DNA of 64,000 nucleotides from Octopus sinensis (Eukaryota): NCBI RefSeq assembly GCF_006345805.1, contig NC_043017.1, positions 13,950,001 to 14,014,000 of the forward strand, read 5' to 3'. Shown piece by piece: positions 51,592 to 64,000 of this stretch (position 1 is its first letter; each line of letters starts with the position of its first letter). The notes under the pieces were generated by a model. It saw only the letters and a program-made list of their open reading frames with translations, ran no database searches and was not told where the DNA came from. The position numbers and the translations under genes were made by a program.

Positions 51592-51660
51592 CTTGGACTG
51601 TGTCGAAACTGCAATCCAATGACGGCGAGTCTGCTGCCCTAACCACTGGGCCATTGCGCC
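51592..51660 (-). mobile_element. Isolated tRNA-like SINE head
   Basis: GGCGCAATGGCCCAGTGGTTAGGGCAGCAGACTCG.. with an A box; degenerate B box; no complete cloverleaf. Confidence 0.55.
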
Positions 51661-52198
51661 TACTTACGAAAGCATGTATACAGCATCGCGTGTATGTTCC
51701 TGAAGTTGATTTCAGGTATTATTCTCCCCTTTTTGACCTCACATATTTAAAATCTCAACTTTTTTTCTACAGAACCAAATATCAAATTTTGTAGTTCAAA
51801 CTGTAGCTTAGGAGGTGACCAATGTAAAAATGTATAAGCATCATCAAATTTTGAAAGAAAAAACTAAATTAGTGACAAAGCCTAGAAGTAGCGGCGAGTG
51901 AGTAAATGTTGACCTCAAGAAAATTATTAACACACGGCAGTGTGTGAATATTCTTTATGACAGATTCTATGAATATGAGGTAGATCTTTGCAAGATACCT
52001 AAATACTGAATTGAATTAAACATTTTGCAACATTGGGTTCAAGCTGATCTTATTTTATCAAGTTCCAAAAAGGGAAAAGCAAAGATGACTTTGGCAGAAC
52101 TTGAACACAATGTAGAGACAGACGATATGCTGCAAAGCTTTCGACCTCCGACTTAACAAGTCTGCCAGCTTGTTGTCTTACGACTGTAATAAGTAATC

Positions 52199-54575
52199 AT
52201 TATCATCACCATCATCGTTTAACGTCCGCTTTCCATGCTAGCATGGGTTGGACGATTTTGACTGAGGGCTGGCGAACCAGATGGCTGCACCAGGCTCCAA
52301 TCTTGATCTGGCAGAGTTTCTACAGCTGGATGCCCTTCCTAACGCCAACCATTCTGAGAGTGTAGTGGGTGCTTTTTACATGCCACCGGCACAGGGGCCA
52401 GTCAGGCGGTACTGGCAATGACCTCGCTCAAATCTTTTTACACGTGCCACCGGCACAGGTGCCAGTGAAGCGACGTTGGTAACGATCAGGCTCGAATGGT
52501 TCCCTTTTATGTGCCACGGGTACGGAAGCCAGTTGGCTGCTCTGGCAACGATCACGCTCAGCTGGTGCTCTTGGCACCCTACTAGCACAGGCATAAGTAC
52601 CAGTAAGTACCAGTAACGATCACACTCGAATAGCCGCTCTGTCAATGATCACACTCATATGGTGTTCTTTGCACCCTGCTAATACGGATGCCAGTCATCG
52701 AATTGATTTTGATTTTGATTTCGCTTGCCTCAACAGGTCTTCACAAGCAGAATTTAGTGACCAAAGAAGGAAAAGGTGCGCATAAGCGGGCTGGTTATGC
52801 TCGTGGCATAAGCCACAGGTTATGGTCTCACTAGTCTTGCCGGGTCTTCTCACGCACAGCATATTTCCAAAAGTCTCAGTCGCTAGTCATTTCCTTGGTG
52901 AGGCCTAATGTTCGAAGGTCGTGCTTCACCACCTCATCCCAGGTCTTCCAGGGTCTACCTCTTCCACAGATTCCCTCAACCGCTAGAGTGTGGCACTTTT
53001 TCACACAGCTATCCTCATCCATTCTCGCCACATGACCATGACAGCGCAGTCATCTATCTTGCACACCACATCTAATGCTTCTTAGGTCAACTTTTCTCTC
53101 AAGGTACTTACACTCTGTCGAGTATGCACACTGACATTACACATCCATCGGAGCATACTGGCTTCATTCCTTGCAAGCTTACGCATATCCTCAGCAGTCA
53201 CAGCCCATGTTTCACTGCTGTGTGGCATGGCTGTTTGTACACATGCATCAAACAGTCTACCTTTTACGCTGAGCGAGAGGCCCTTTGTCACCAGCAGAGG
53301 TAAGAGCTCTCTGAATTTTGCCCAAGCTATTTTCATTCTAGCAGCTACACTTTTAGCGCACTCTCTTCCGCTACTGTGTTGGTCACCTAGATAACGGAAG
53401 CTATCAACTACTTCTAGTTTTTCTCCCTGGAATGTGGCGGAAGTTGGTCTCTGTGCATTTTCAGTGTTTATCGCTCCCGAGCATCTGCCACATACAAAAG
53501 CTATCTTCCCAGTTAGCCATCCTTTGACATTACTGCACCTCTTATGTGTCCATAGCTTACATTGTTATGTGTCCATAGCTTACATCTTATAGAGTTTCTA
53601 CCTCTGCTTCTACTACAGATTGAGCAGGGCCATCTACCTGAAGGGATTTGTGGTTTGCCTGCCTTCCTACTTATTAGGACTTTGGTTTTAGCTAGGTTGA
53701 TATTCTAAAGCCCTTCGATTCTAATCCTTGTTTCCACACTTGAAACTTCTGCTCTAGTTCTGATAGTGACTCAGCAATTAGAGCAAGGTCGTCAGCATAG
53801 AGGAGCTCCCAGGGGCATCCTGTCTTGAATTCCTCCATTATTGCCTGGAGGACTATGATAAATAGGAGGGGCTGAGGACTGAACCCTGGTGGACCCCAAC
53901 CTCTACCTTGAATTCTTCAGTGTACTTGTTGCCAACCCTTACCTTACTTACAGCGTCCCTGTACATGGCTTGCACAGCTCTCACTAACCATTCATCTATC
54001 CCTAGTTTCCTCATTGACCACCAGATAAGGGATCAGGGGACCCTGTCAAAGGCTTTCTCTATGTCAACAAAAGCCAGGTACAGGGGCTTATCTTTGGCTA
54101 GGTATTTCTCCTGCAGCTGTCTTACCAGAAATATGGCATCAGTGGTGCTTTTCCCTGGCACGAAACCAAACTGCCTCTCATCCAAGTTGACTCTCTCCCT
54201 AATTAGTTGGGCTATGACTCTCTCCGTAACCTTCATTACCTGATCCAACAGCTTGATACCTCTGTAATTATTTGTATCTAGGGCGTCACCTTTACCTTTG
54301 TAGCAGTTGACTATTATGCTGCTACACCAGTCATTGGGTATGACTCCTTCATGTATCACCTGGTTTATTATATGGGTGACTAGGCTATAGCCGACACTAC
54401 CAGATATTTTGAGCATCTCTGCAGTAATTCCTGATGGGCCTGGGGCTTTCCCTGTCTTTATGCTTCTAATTGCCTTAACTACCAAGGAACTATCAACTCG
54501 GATAGCTGGTCCCTCTGTTGGGTCGACATTTGACAGACTCTCTTTATGCCATTCATTTTCTTTATTCAACAACAT
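52199..54575 (-). mobile_element. RTE-clade LINE, longest copy (5'-truncated): RT with YADD and PHD finger, 3' UTR and tail
   Basis: KAPGPSG, NYRGIKLL, QFGFVPGKSTTDAIF, LAFVDIEKAFDRVP, YADD; stops and frameshifts present. Confidence 0.95.
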
Positions 54576-54997
54576 TACTTGAAAATTGTTTTACTTTTCG
54601 TTAGGCACATTTAATATTTTTTTTCATTTTGTATATTTTTTGAAGAGATTAGCAACACAACACTTGTATTGATGAAAGCTATCATGAGCTAAACAAAAAC
54701 AGAATGTTTAGGTTTCAAATTTGCTTTTCGGTGTTACCACTGTTTTTGACACATTTGGCTCCAGTAGTTTTTATTTTAGATATTTTTTATATATTTAGCA
54801 TCATGGGATTCCTGTATTCGAGATTGATCAGAAAAGTTGAATGTAAATATAGTTTTCTTTTGAACGGAAAAGAATATTTGGAGCAAAAGTCAATTTCAGG
54901 TGTTAATCTTGCTTTTTCTTCGCTGGTTTTTACCTCAGTACTTTTTTTCTACTGAATATTTTTTCATATAATGTATGTAAAGTGTCACCTTTACATA

Positions 54998-55112
54998 CAT
55001 GTCTGTCAAATGTCGACTCAACAGAGGGACCAGCTATCTGAGTTGACAGTTCCTTGGTAGTTAAGGCAATTAGAAGCATGAAGACAGGGAAAGCCCCAGG
55101 CCCACCAGGAAC
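54998..55112 (+). mobile_element. Short RTE fragment, inverted relative to the adjacent copy
   Basis: SNVDSTEGPAI*VDSSLVVKAIRSMKTGKAPGP matches the reverse complement of ~54435-54540. Confidence 0.85.
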
Positions 55113-55139
55113 AGTTGGATAGATTCCTGTCATCGAGAT

Positions 55140-55431
55140 CTATCATATAAGCTAAAATAAAATATAGATTTATTCAAGAAAAAAACTATTTAGACTTCAG
55201 TTGATTTCAGGTGTTATCCTCCCATTTGTAACCTCACATATTTGACTCAAACTTTTTTTCTAATTTTTAAATGTTTTAGCTCGAAATGTAGCTTATGATG
55301 TGACGAATCTAAAAATGTAAACAGCATCTAATTTAGTTAAAGGCATGTGTAAAATTGGTTGTGTAGTTCTCAGGTTTTAGGGAAACACACAGACAGACAG
55401 ACACACATTCTCAGTTTTATATATATAGAGA
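55140..55431 (-). mobile_element. Helitron-like non-autonomous element, 5' part
   Basis: Minus strand A|TCTCTATATATATAAAACTG..(GTCT)n; body related to 51690-51845 and 58405-58530. Confidence 0.55.
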
Positions 55432-55509
55432 TATTTGTATATATATACATGTACATATATAGATATAAATGTATATGTACACATATATATATGCATACAC
55501 ATATACATA

Positions 55510-55850
55510 GGTGCAGCTGTGGCTGTGTGGTAAGAAATTTGGTTCCAAAACACATGGTCCTGGGTTCAGTACCACTGTGTGGTGACTTGGCATGTGTCTT
55601 CTACTATAGCCTCAGACCAACCAAAGCCTTGAGTGGATTTTGTAGACAGAAACTGAAAGAAATCATTTGTATATATATGTATGTATATATGTAAGTGTAT
55701 GTGTGTCTTTATCTCTGTGTTTCTCCCTCATCACTGCTTCACAACTGCTGTTCATTTATTTACATCCCCATAACTTACTGGTTTGACAAGAAGAAACTGA
55801 TAGAATAAGTACCAGGCTTATCAAAATAAAAAAAATCACTAGGCAGTGTC
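55510..55850 (+). mobile_element. tRNA-derived SINE (diverged copy)
   Basis: GGTGCAGCTGTGGCTGTGTGG..GGTTCAGTACC head; body matches the family. Confidence 0.8.
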
Positions 55851-55882
55851 TCGATTTTTGTGCCCACTCAGTTGTATCTAGC

Positions 55883-56435
55883 AAGTACAAATATATGGGA
55901 AATTACCACCTGTAGCATCTCTTGTGAAAGGTAGAAGAGTCCAGTTTGCTGGACATTGTTGTAGAGCTGAAAACGAGGTAATTTCTACTCTTCTCCTCTG
56001 GAAGCCATCTGCTCGCGATACCAGAGGGCGCACACTCTCCTACCCTGATGTAATCTCCAGGGATACAGGCATCAAGCAACAGGACTTCCGTAATACTATG
56101 ATGGACCATGAAGTCTGGTGTAACATAGTAAACTCCATTGTCTCAACCACAGTCGAAATTCAAACCAAGCATACTGTATTATACCTGCCCTTATGCATTG
56201 AATCTAAGTTCCAAATATTATAAGGATCCATTCAATAATTTTGGTCCCTGAAATTGTATGAAACACACAATATTACCCTTCTTCCTAAGCTTGGATTTTG
56301 TGTTCCAAATTTCATTAGGGTCGGTGCAGTAGTTTTTGAATGTATAAGTCACACATGAACACACATAAAGACATTGACTTTTATATAACAGATATGAATA
56401 TGCACATATACATACATGTATGTGTGTGTGTGTGC

Positions 56436-56479
<44 letters not shown>

Positions 56480-57032
56480 GCACACACACACACATACATG
56501 TATGTATATGTGCATATTCATATCTGTTATATAAAAGTCAATGTCTTTATGTGTGTTCATGTGTGACTTATACATTCAAAAACTACTGCACCGACCCTAA
56601 TGAAATTTGGAACACAAAATCCAAGCTTAGGAAGAAGGGTAATATTGTGTGTTTCATACAATTTCAGGGACCAAAATTATTGAATGGATCCTTATAATAT
56701 TTGGAACTTAGATTCAATGCATAAGGGCAGGTATAATACAGTATGCTTGGTTTGAATTTCGACTGTGGTTGAGACAATGGAGTTTACTATGTTACACCAG
56801 ACTTCATGGTCCATCATAGTATTACGGAAGTCCTGTTGCTTGATGCCTGTATCCCTGGAGATTACATCAGGGTAGGAGAGTGTGCGCCCTCTGGTATCGC
56901 GAGCAGATGGCTTCCAGAGGAGAAGAGTAGAAATTACCTCGTTTTCAGCTCTACAACAATGTCCAGCAAACTGGACTCTTCTACCTTTCACAAGAGATGC
57001 TACAGGTGGTAATTTCCCATATATTTGTACTT
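55883..57032. repeat. 1150-bp apparently perfect palindrome centred on (TA)n
   Basis: Mirror ORFs with identical translations (coordinates sum to 112915); ends AAGTACAAATATATGGG / CCCATATATTTGTACTT. Confidence 0.95.
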
Positions 57033-58404
57033 TGGTTGGATGACGCTTCCACGAGAGTTTTTGAGCTCTCGTAAGAGATGGCTTAAAGAACTCCCATGAA
57101 AATTCATAAATTTTTCATGTCGATGAAATTTCAACCATGGGTAATTAATTGACACACATCAAGAAGTATTCTCAAAGTTTCCACTTCTCATGAGGATTCT
57201 AAGACCCCCTAATGGGGACCTTAACTCCCAAATTTTAGTCATTTTTTATAATCCAAAACTAGGTCAAAAGTACTGAATGGATCTTTATGAAATTTGGAAA
57301 TTCTATGCCTAAAGGCCATAATGCCCATGTAAATTCATATATTTTTGCTGTTGACGAAATTTTAACTACAGATATTAGAATCAAATGGAGTAATATTTAT
57401 AAAATTTCATCTTGACACCCACGATTTAGTCATTTTATCTAAGCAAAGACGAATACAGTTGTACTCTTGGAAGCGGTAGGGCCACCCGAGCATAAAAGAT
57501 GGGTGTTATTTGTAATTCAATGGTACAACAGTGTAAGAGTTTGCTTTGAGATATACCTACATTGTGATTTCTGCAATGTGGTGCATAAATTGTCAAGTAA
57601 ATGAGAGGCATCTTTGCCTCCACTGATTCAGTTGCAAGGTGTTCAGTTATTTGGTTGCAGACCTCCTTTGAGTCTTTTTATTATCACTGGGTCACACATA
57701 GACCCCAGATGGTAACATTGATTTCAAGGCCTCCCCAGATTAGTGACTGGTTATTGAAAGACATAGATTGTAAATTCCTTCTGTCCAGTTACCTATCAGT
57801 ATAGTGGTCATTTGCAAACTCCGGAGGTGACACTTTCATTTCCCCTTAGCCCTCACGTTACACAGTTGTTAATGTTTGTGTTGAGTCACGCCCTTCCAAT
57901 TGCTATAGATCTGTAATGCATCTTATGGCTGTGCCTGTCACCTGTATTGTGAGGAATCCTACATTGGGGAATAGTTACGTCTAGGGTAGCTGACTGCTTA
58001 TTGTGATCATAGGCCTTTGGTTTCCTGTAGCTTTGCTCTCTTTTACAAACCCAGTGAACATACATATATTTCCTATTTCATAGAAATTCGAACACTACAT
58101 ATAAGACCCAAGTTAAAAAGATTCTCAACAATTCAACTTCTCTGGTTGACACCCAGCCTCAAGAGGGGCCTTAACTCTCACATTTTAGAGTTCCATGATC
58201 TCCATTTTTCAGGAGCAAAATCCTTTTAACAGGTTCCACAAGACTTGAATTTTGGAATCTATGCATAAAGATCAGTAGTAGGGGATACATGTGTCATGAT
58301 TGGAATTTTTTTAGGATGTTAAAACCATAGGTATTCCAGTTCATTAGAGGAAATATAGCAGAAAAGTCTAATTCTTCAATTGCATGTAACACGGGCTATG
58401 CTAG
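56523..58404 (+). mobile_element. Helitron-like element with nested LINE fragments
   Basis: A|TCTGTTATATAAAAG start; 3' ..CACGGGCTATGCTAG|T; interrupted by an RTE-like 3' end (56755-57000, KGRRVQFAGHC) and a decayed LINE (~57430-58010). Linking the two ends is inferred. Confidence 0.45.
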
Positions 58405-59256
58405 TATAAGCTAAAAGGAAATATAGATTTCTTAAAAAAAAAGGATTGAACACAAAGTCGATTTCAAGTGTTATTCTCCCATTTTTGACCTCATTTTTTA
58501 CTAAAACTCTTTTTCTACCAAAGCAATTTTCAAATTCTGTGAGCCTCTGCAGAGTCATTCTTACAAAAATGCTTTATGATGCTGTGTGCAGGAATTAAGC
58601 CTAAACAATATGGTTGCGTAGAGAATTCCTTGAACATACTCCTATGCCACCCATGTATATATTATATACACCTATGAAAAGGCAAGGTAGATGTATATAG
58701 TTAACGTAAAGACTTCAGCAATATAAGTAACATCTGGTGAAATAGGCTTTTAAATATATCTATATTATATATTCGCTGCTGAGTTGTGTTGCGCAATAAT
58801 TTATCACCAATGAAGCAGTTATTAAACTGCAGTTACTAAGATATAATAAAATGAGACCAACGCATGTAGCATGTCTATAATAAACATAATGAACTTAGCA
58901 GTAAATTAAACAAATTAAATGCAAACAAGGAGGCCAGTACGTGATAGAAAGACAAGCTAGAAATTGCTGCCAAATATTCTTAAAATCAGGCAATTCGTTT
59001 TCAATAGGAGATAAGTAGATAGTACAAATCCAGGTAGTATATGTATGACAGTCAGTGTGTATGTATGTGTGTGTGTGTCACAATGTCTTTTGTTTTCTCA
59101 AAAATTATAGTCTCCTGTAGTTTCCTTATATAGTCTCCTGTAGCTTTGCTCTCTTTTACAAACCCAGTGAACATACATATATTTCCTATTTCATATCTTA
59201 TGATGCATCCGGTGATATCTTTGAAGAAGTTTCGTTCCTTATATTCCCATTAACAA

Positions 59257-59297
<41 letters not shown>

Positions 59298-59359
59298 ACA
59301 TGTGCGTATGCACATGTCCCAATGGCTCATTTTCCTCCATTCACGTCGATTCCCATAGC

Positions 59360-60500
59360 TATCATGTTATTCCAGAACGTTCTGCGACTGCACCACATCT
59401 TCCTTACCGCATCCACTCCAACACGATGCGGTAGTCAAAGCAAATGATCAATAAACCGTACCTGTTGCTCAGCCAATACATCCTTCAAAATTTCCATGCC
59501 AGCTCTTCTCATTGCCTCTTCATTTCTCATTCTGTCCTGGTAAGAGATACCCTGGATCGAACAATGGAACACATCCAACAATTGAAAGGTCTTCACTGTC
59601 TTTTTACAGGTTTCACAGAAGTAAAAGATTTTTGGTATAACAATAAATGAATATAGCTTCAGCTTTATTTTCTTACTGGTGCCATATCGGAAGAAGGTTT
59701 GGAATACTGATGCTGCTTTATCTATTCTGGTCTTAACTTCAACTACTGCTTCACCCTCGTTGGATTTACAGCTTCCGAGATATATCGACATTCTTGATTT
59801 CGACTTGTCTGAGGTAGAGAGGTTGTGTTTGTGATTCAACAATTTACATGATCGGAGCCTTTTCATCGCTAATCCGTAGACTTTATTTTGCCTCCAAACT
59901 GTATTGGCTATCTGTCATGGCACAGCTCTGCTGTAGCGTACTAACACCAAGTCATCTGCGAAATTCAAACTTGTCAGTTTTCCTGGTTTCCATGAACGAG
60001 ATGCAAGTCTGTCTCACTCCAGTAGAAATTTCGAAAATATCGGCAGATTCGTTGTTGGTCTTCCTGTAACACTGCAAGATCTTATATTGACACTTAAAGA
60101 TCTCAATACATCTGCTCGGGATACCATATACCCTCAAGATATTTCAAAGTGTATTATGGTGAACACAGTAAAATGCTTTCTACTTGTAAAAGTCGATTAA
60201 ATTAATAAGCAGATGCACTCTATCTTCTCTGCTCGATTCTATTTCACAACACAAAAATCTCTGCGTACAGGTTCTACTGCTCTGAAAACCTGCTTGCTTC
60301 TCTCAGCACAGTATCAATCTGCCTTAATTTATTCAAAAGAGCACTGCAAAGCTTTTTGTCAGGCACTGATATCAGTGTAATGCCATACCAGTTGTTAGCC
60401 CACCAGTTTACATTTTTTTGATAGTGGTGTCACCATTGCACACCTGATCTTCTTTCTGCCAAACAAGGTCACCACAATTGCAACATGGGGAGTACATAAT
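59360..60500 (-). mobile_element. Old RTE-like LINE RT remnant
   Basis: RVYGIPSRCIEI..FEISTGVRQ, YLGS..VKTRIDKAASVF..KLKLYSFIVIPKIFYFCET. Confidence 0.8.
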
Positions 60501-60615
60501 ACCAAAACAGAAAACTGAGACAAGTGATTCGAGAAAAGCAAAATTGTCATCTGAACACTCTTGACCATTTGTGAGATACGTTGGACAGGTCAAGGTCACG
60601 TTAAATTGGATGAAT

Positions 60616-61225
60616 TTTACTACACAACAACAACAGCAACAAATACCTAAATACCTTATAAATACCTGTATATGTGAAACCCCTTCTACACCCATGTGAA
60701 TAACACTTGGCACTTTTTCTATAGAAATTGTGACTTGTAAATTGGACATAAGTATATAATTGCTGTGGTAAATGGGTGTTTAATGGATTATTTCTTAGTA
60801 TTTTATAGATGATAAATTACTAATGACAATATATAGAAGAAATGTACACACATGTACACATGCAGTGAACATATATATAAGTGTGTGGGCACATATTTGT
60901 CTGTGTTGACAGATACTGATATCGATATACATTTATACACATACATCCATACATACACAAACTACACTACATACACACACACATATATATGTGTGTATAC
61001 ATACATATATACGTACATGTATATATATGTATATACACATATATACATACATTGCATACAGTCATAAATATGCACATACATACAAACATGCATATTTCAT
61101 AGATATGTTGTTGGTACTATGTAGTTCTTGATTATATGCTCTGACTTTGCCATAACATGTGTCACGTATTCGTTAAACTGTACCAAGAAATATAACAAAG
61201 CAACGTTATATAAGGAAGGTAAGTC
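60616..61225. repeat. Composite repeat unit, copy 2
   Basis: 227-bp block near-identical to 35509-35735; distal block also ends AAG|GTAAGT. Confidence 0.75.
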
Positions 61226-61477
61226 AGTAGGTTTCTCTTCAGGAAAGTTAGATTGTTACATTTTATATAAACACACACACAATTAGATTCATACATATAA
61301 TCTTATAAACATACATTTATTTATGTGTGTGTCTGCGTTTCAGTGTGTTAAAACATAACTTTATAAAACTAGCCATTTTTGGAAAATGATTCGATGGTGA
61401 GTGGAGGGTAAAATTTGAGTAGGCTGGGATTTCAAAGTTCACTTCTCATGACTTTTATATATATATATATATATATA

Positions 61478-62330
61478 CAGTACTGTGCAAAAGGTTTTGT
61501 CCACTTTAAACTATTGAAAATGTCTACTAATTACTAACTTATAAGTGGATGTTTCACATTGCGTATTTTACAGATGAAACATTGGCCCTGTTGGAGTCAT
61601 TTCCATACCTAACCATTATCTTTTGTAGTAGGGGTTCTGAACAAGAGGGGAAGATGTGAAACAACCACCAAAAATGGTCATGCAAAAGTTTTCAGCCACC
61701 TTACATAAACCAATCAAGATACAGTGTTTTAAAACAGAAAAAATGTCTATAATGAAAATTTATCACATAATGTTCATTTCAAGAAGTTACTGTACATTGT
61801 TAATATTTCGTGTAGTTTCCTTTCGCTTGAATAATTGCTTCAATGCACCTGGGAAGAGATGCGTACAAATCCTTCACCATCTTCACAGGTATGAGACGCC
61901 ATTCTCTGTGACTGAGCTCCCACAACTCTTCAAGATTGCATGGATTCTTCTGACGCACTCTTCTCTTTATTTCTGTTCACATTTGCTCATTGATATTTAA
62001 GTCAGGTTTCTGAGCAGGCCAATCTTTGAATACGGTAACACCTTCATCAGCCAGACTTTGTTGTGCTGCACACAATCTATGGCATGGAGCTCCTTCGTGT
62101 TGAAAAGTTTAGTTTCAAATTGCCCTTCAGCAACAAGATGTATTTTGCATTATTCAAGTTACTGTCAATTTTAACCAACTTTCTTGAACCATCACTTTTT
62201 ATGTATCCGCAAATCATCAGACTCTTAACCCCAAACTTCACTGTCTTTGTCATGTAGCATGGGTTGTTTTGCTTTCTAATAAGCGAGAATATGTCAGAAG
62301 GCCTCCAAGAAGAGTCAAATGCTGGCGCTC
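61478..62330 (-). mobile_element. Tc1-like transposon remnant with one TIR
   Basis: TA|CAGTACTGTGCAAAAG terminus; minus-strand FKDWPAQKPDLNI resembles Tc1 WP..SPDLN. Confidence 0.65.
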
Positions 62331-62536
62331 AACCACGTGAAGTAGACAAGACTTAAGTACAATATGGGTGTGTATGTGTACATGGATATTTACGAGTGTA
62401 CATGTGTGTGCTCGTATAGCGTTACACACACACATACACATGTATGTATGTGTGTGTGTATGTATATATATATATATATATATACACATACACATGTATG
62501 TATGTGTGTGTGTATGTATATATATATATATTATAT

Positions 62537-62618
<82 letters not shown>

Positions 62619-62899
62619 CACACCCAGAGCCACGCTAAAATTTTAGGAATGAAATTTAGGATTTCTTGGTTTTCTGTGAATCGATTTTGATAAAACTTTT
62701 CCCAGCTGGTTTGCACACTATGGCAACACCATTTTTATGTTTCCATTATTCTGTGATATGTCCTTTCTTTTTTATTCCAGATTCGTCACTTTTTGGGTAA
62801 ACCATGCTAATAGCTTTTGAATGAAAATAGCCCATCTAGACATTTTTTTTCTTCAGAAAATGAAGGGTAATGAGTATATATTTAACAGAAAACCATAAT

Positions 62900-63773
62900 A
62901 TTATAACATTTATTGACATAATGAATTATTTAGCCACATGAGTGCCAAGAAAGAAACGATCTGATTGTGGGACCTTGAAGACTGTGATTTTAGAAATATT
63001 GGCCACAAGTTACGAGGGAAACCTGAACAAACAAGTAAAGCCGTTTTTACTGCCTCCAGACTTCCTCTTGTACCGCAGACCATGAGAAATCGCATCCTCA
63101 GGACCATGGCTTCCGTGCAAGAACCTCCTCACAGGAGTTTGAGGCCTCATTGAGCCCAAAAGTACATGACGTTAGACGTGAGTTGTGTTCTGTTCACTGA
63201 TGAAACAATGGCAACCCTTGACGAACCTGACGGTTGGGCAAATGGTTAGGTCTGTTTTGGAGATGAGCATCACCAACATTTACGACGTCAACAACAGGAT
63301 AGAGGAGTCATGTTGTGGGCTGGGATCATTGGGGACAGACTTGTTGGCTTAGTCAAGGTGCCTAAAGAGGTTAAAGTGACTGCAGCCACCTGCTGAAGTA
63401 GGTCTTGAATCTTGGCTCGATGACACACTGCCCACCACTTCTAAGGAATCCCGTGTTCATGCATGACAATACTCCTTCCCATTCTGCCAGGACCATCCAA
63501 ACATTCCCAGAGTTTTACAGCATTCAGGGTGAAAGGTTGATGGTGTGGCTGCTAGCATCCCTGGATCTCAGCCCTATCAAAAATCTTTGGTCCATCATTA
63601 AACAAGATGTTTATGCCGATGGACGCCAATTTAAGTCAAAAGATGTCTTATGGGTGACCATCAAAGCTGCATCAGAGGCAGTTCAACCTGCTACTGTTAA
63701 GGAATTGACAGATTCCATGACTAATAGGGTTTTTGAAGTTATCCATCAAAGCGGCACTCATGTGGCTAAATAA
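62900..63773 (+). mobile_element. Tc1-like transposase remnant
   Basis: VLFTDETMATLDEPDG, VMLWAGII, FMHDNTPSH, SLDLSPIKNLWSIIK, SMTNRVFEVI. Confidence 0.85.
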
Positions 63774-63878
63774 TTCATTATGTCAATAAATGTTATAATT
63801 TTACTGTTTTTTTTGTTAAACATAGACTCAATGTATGCTTAATAAGTATCATTTTCTGAAAAATAAAATGTCTATATA

Positions 63879-64000
63879 GGTGCAGGAGTGGCTGTATGTT
63901 AAGTAGCTTACTTACCAACCACCTTGGGCAAGTGTCTTTTACAATAACCTCAGGCCAACCAAAGCCTTGTGAGTGAATTTGGTAGATGGAAACTGAAAGA
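63879..64000 (+). mobile_element. tRNA-derived SINE head with internal deletion, running off the window end
   Basis: GGTGCAGGAGTGGCTG..CCTTGGGCAAGTGTC..GGTAGATGGAAACTGAAAGA. Confidence 0.85.

Overview
AT-rich eukaryotic DNA made up almost entirely of microsatellites and transposable elements. The repeat repertoire strongly suggests an octopus (coleoid cephalopod) genome; this is inferred from recognising the SINE and LINE families, not from a search. The elements are tRNA-derived SINEs, RTE LINEs carrying a PHD finger inside the RT region, Dong/R4 RLE-LINEs in (TAA)n, Penelope GIY-YIG remnants, mariner/Tc1 and non-autonomous Helitrons. There is a 100-N gap at 13931-14030. No rRNA, true tRNA or CRISPR array was found, and nearly all long ORFs in the supplied track are microsatellite or TE artefacts. 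Three things stand out. (1) Hammerhead ribozymes: an intact type I HHR at 14171-14259(+), a second of opposite polarity at 14693-14737(-), a decayed long-helix-II HHR just after a Penelope GIY-YIG ORF, and several degenerate minimal motifs. (2) A candidate host gene invisible to the ORF track: a signal-peptide exon at 45320-45374 followed by very short exons that can encode a small secreted CxxC-x8-CxxC peptide. (3) Several large foldback structures, including an apparently perfect 1150-bp palindrome that may be an assembly artefact. All alignments and RNA folds were done by eye.
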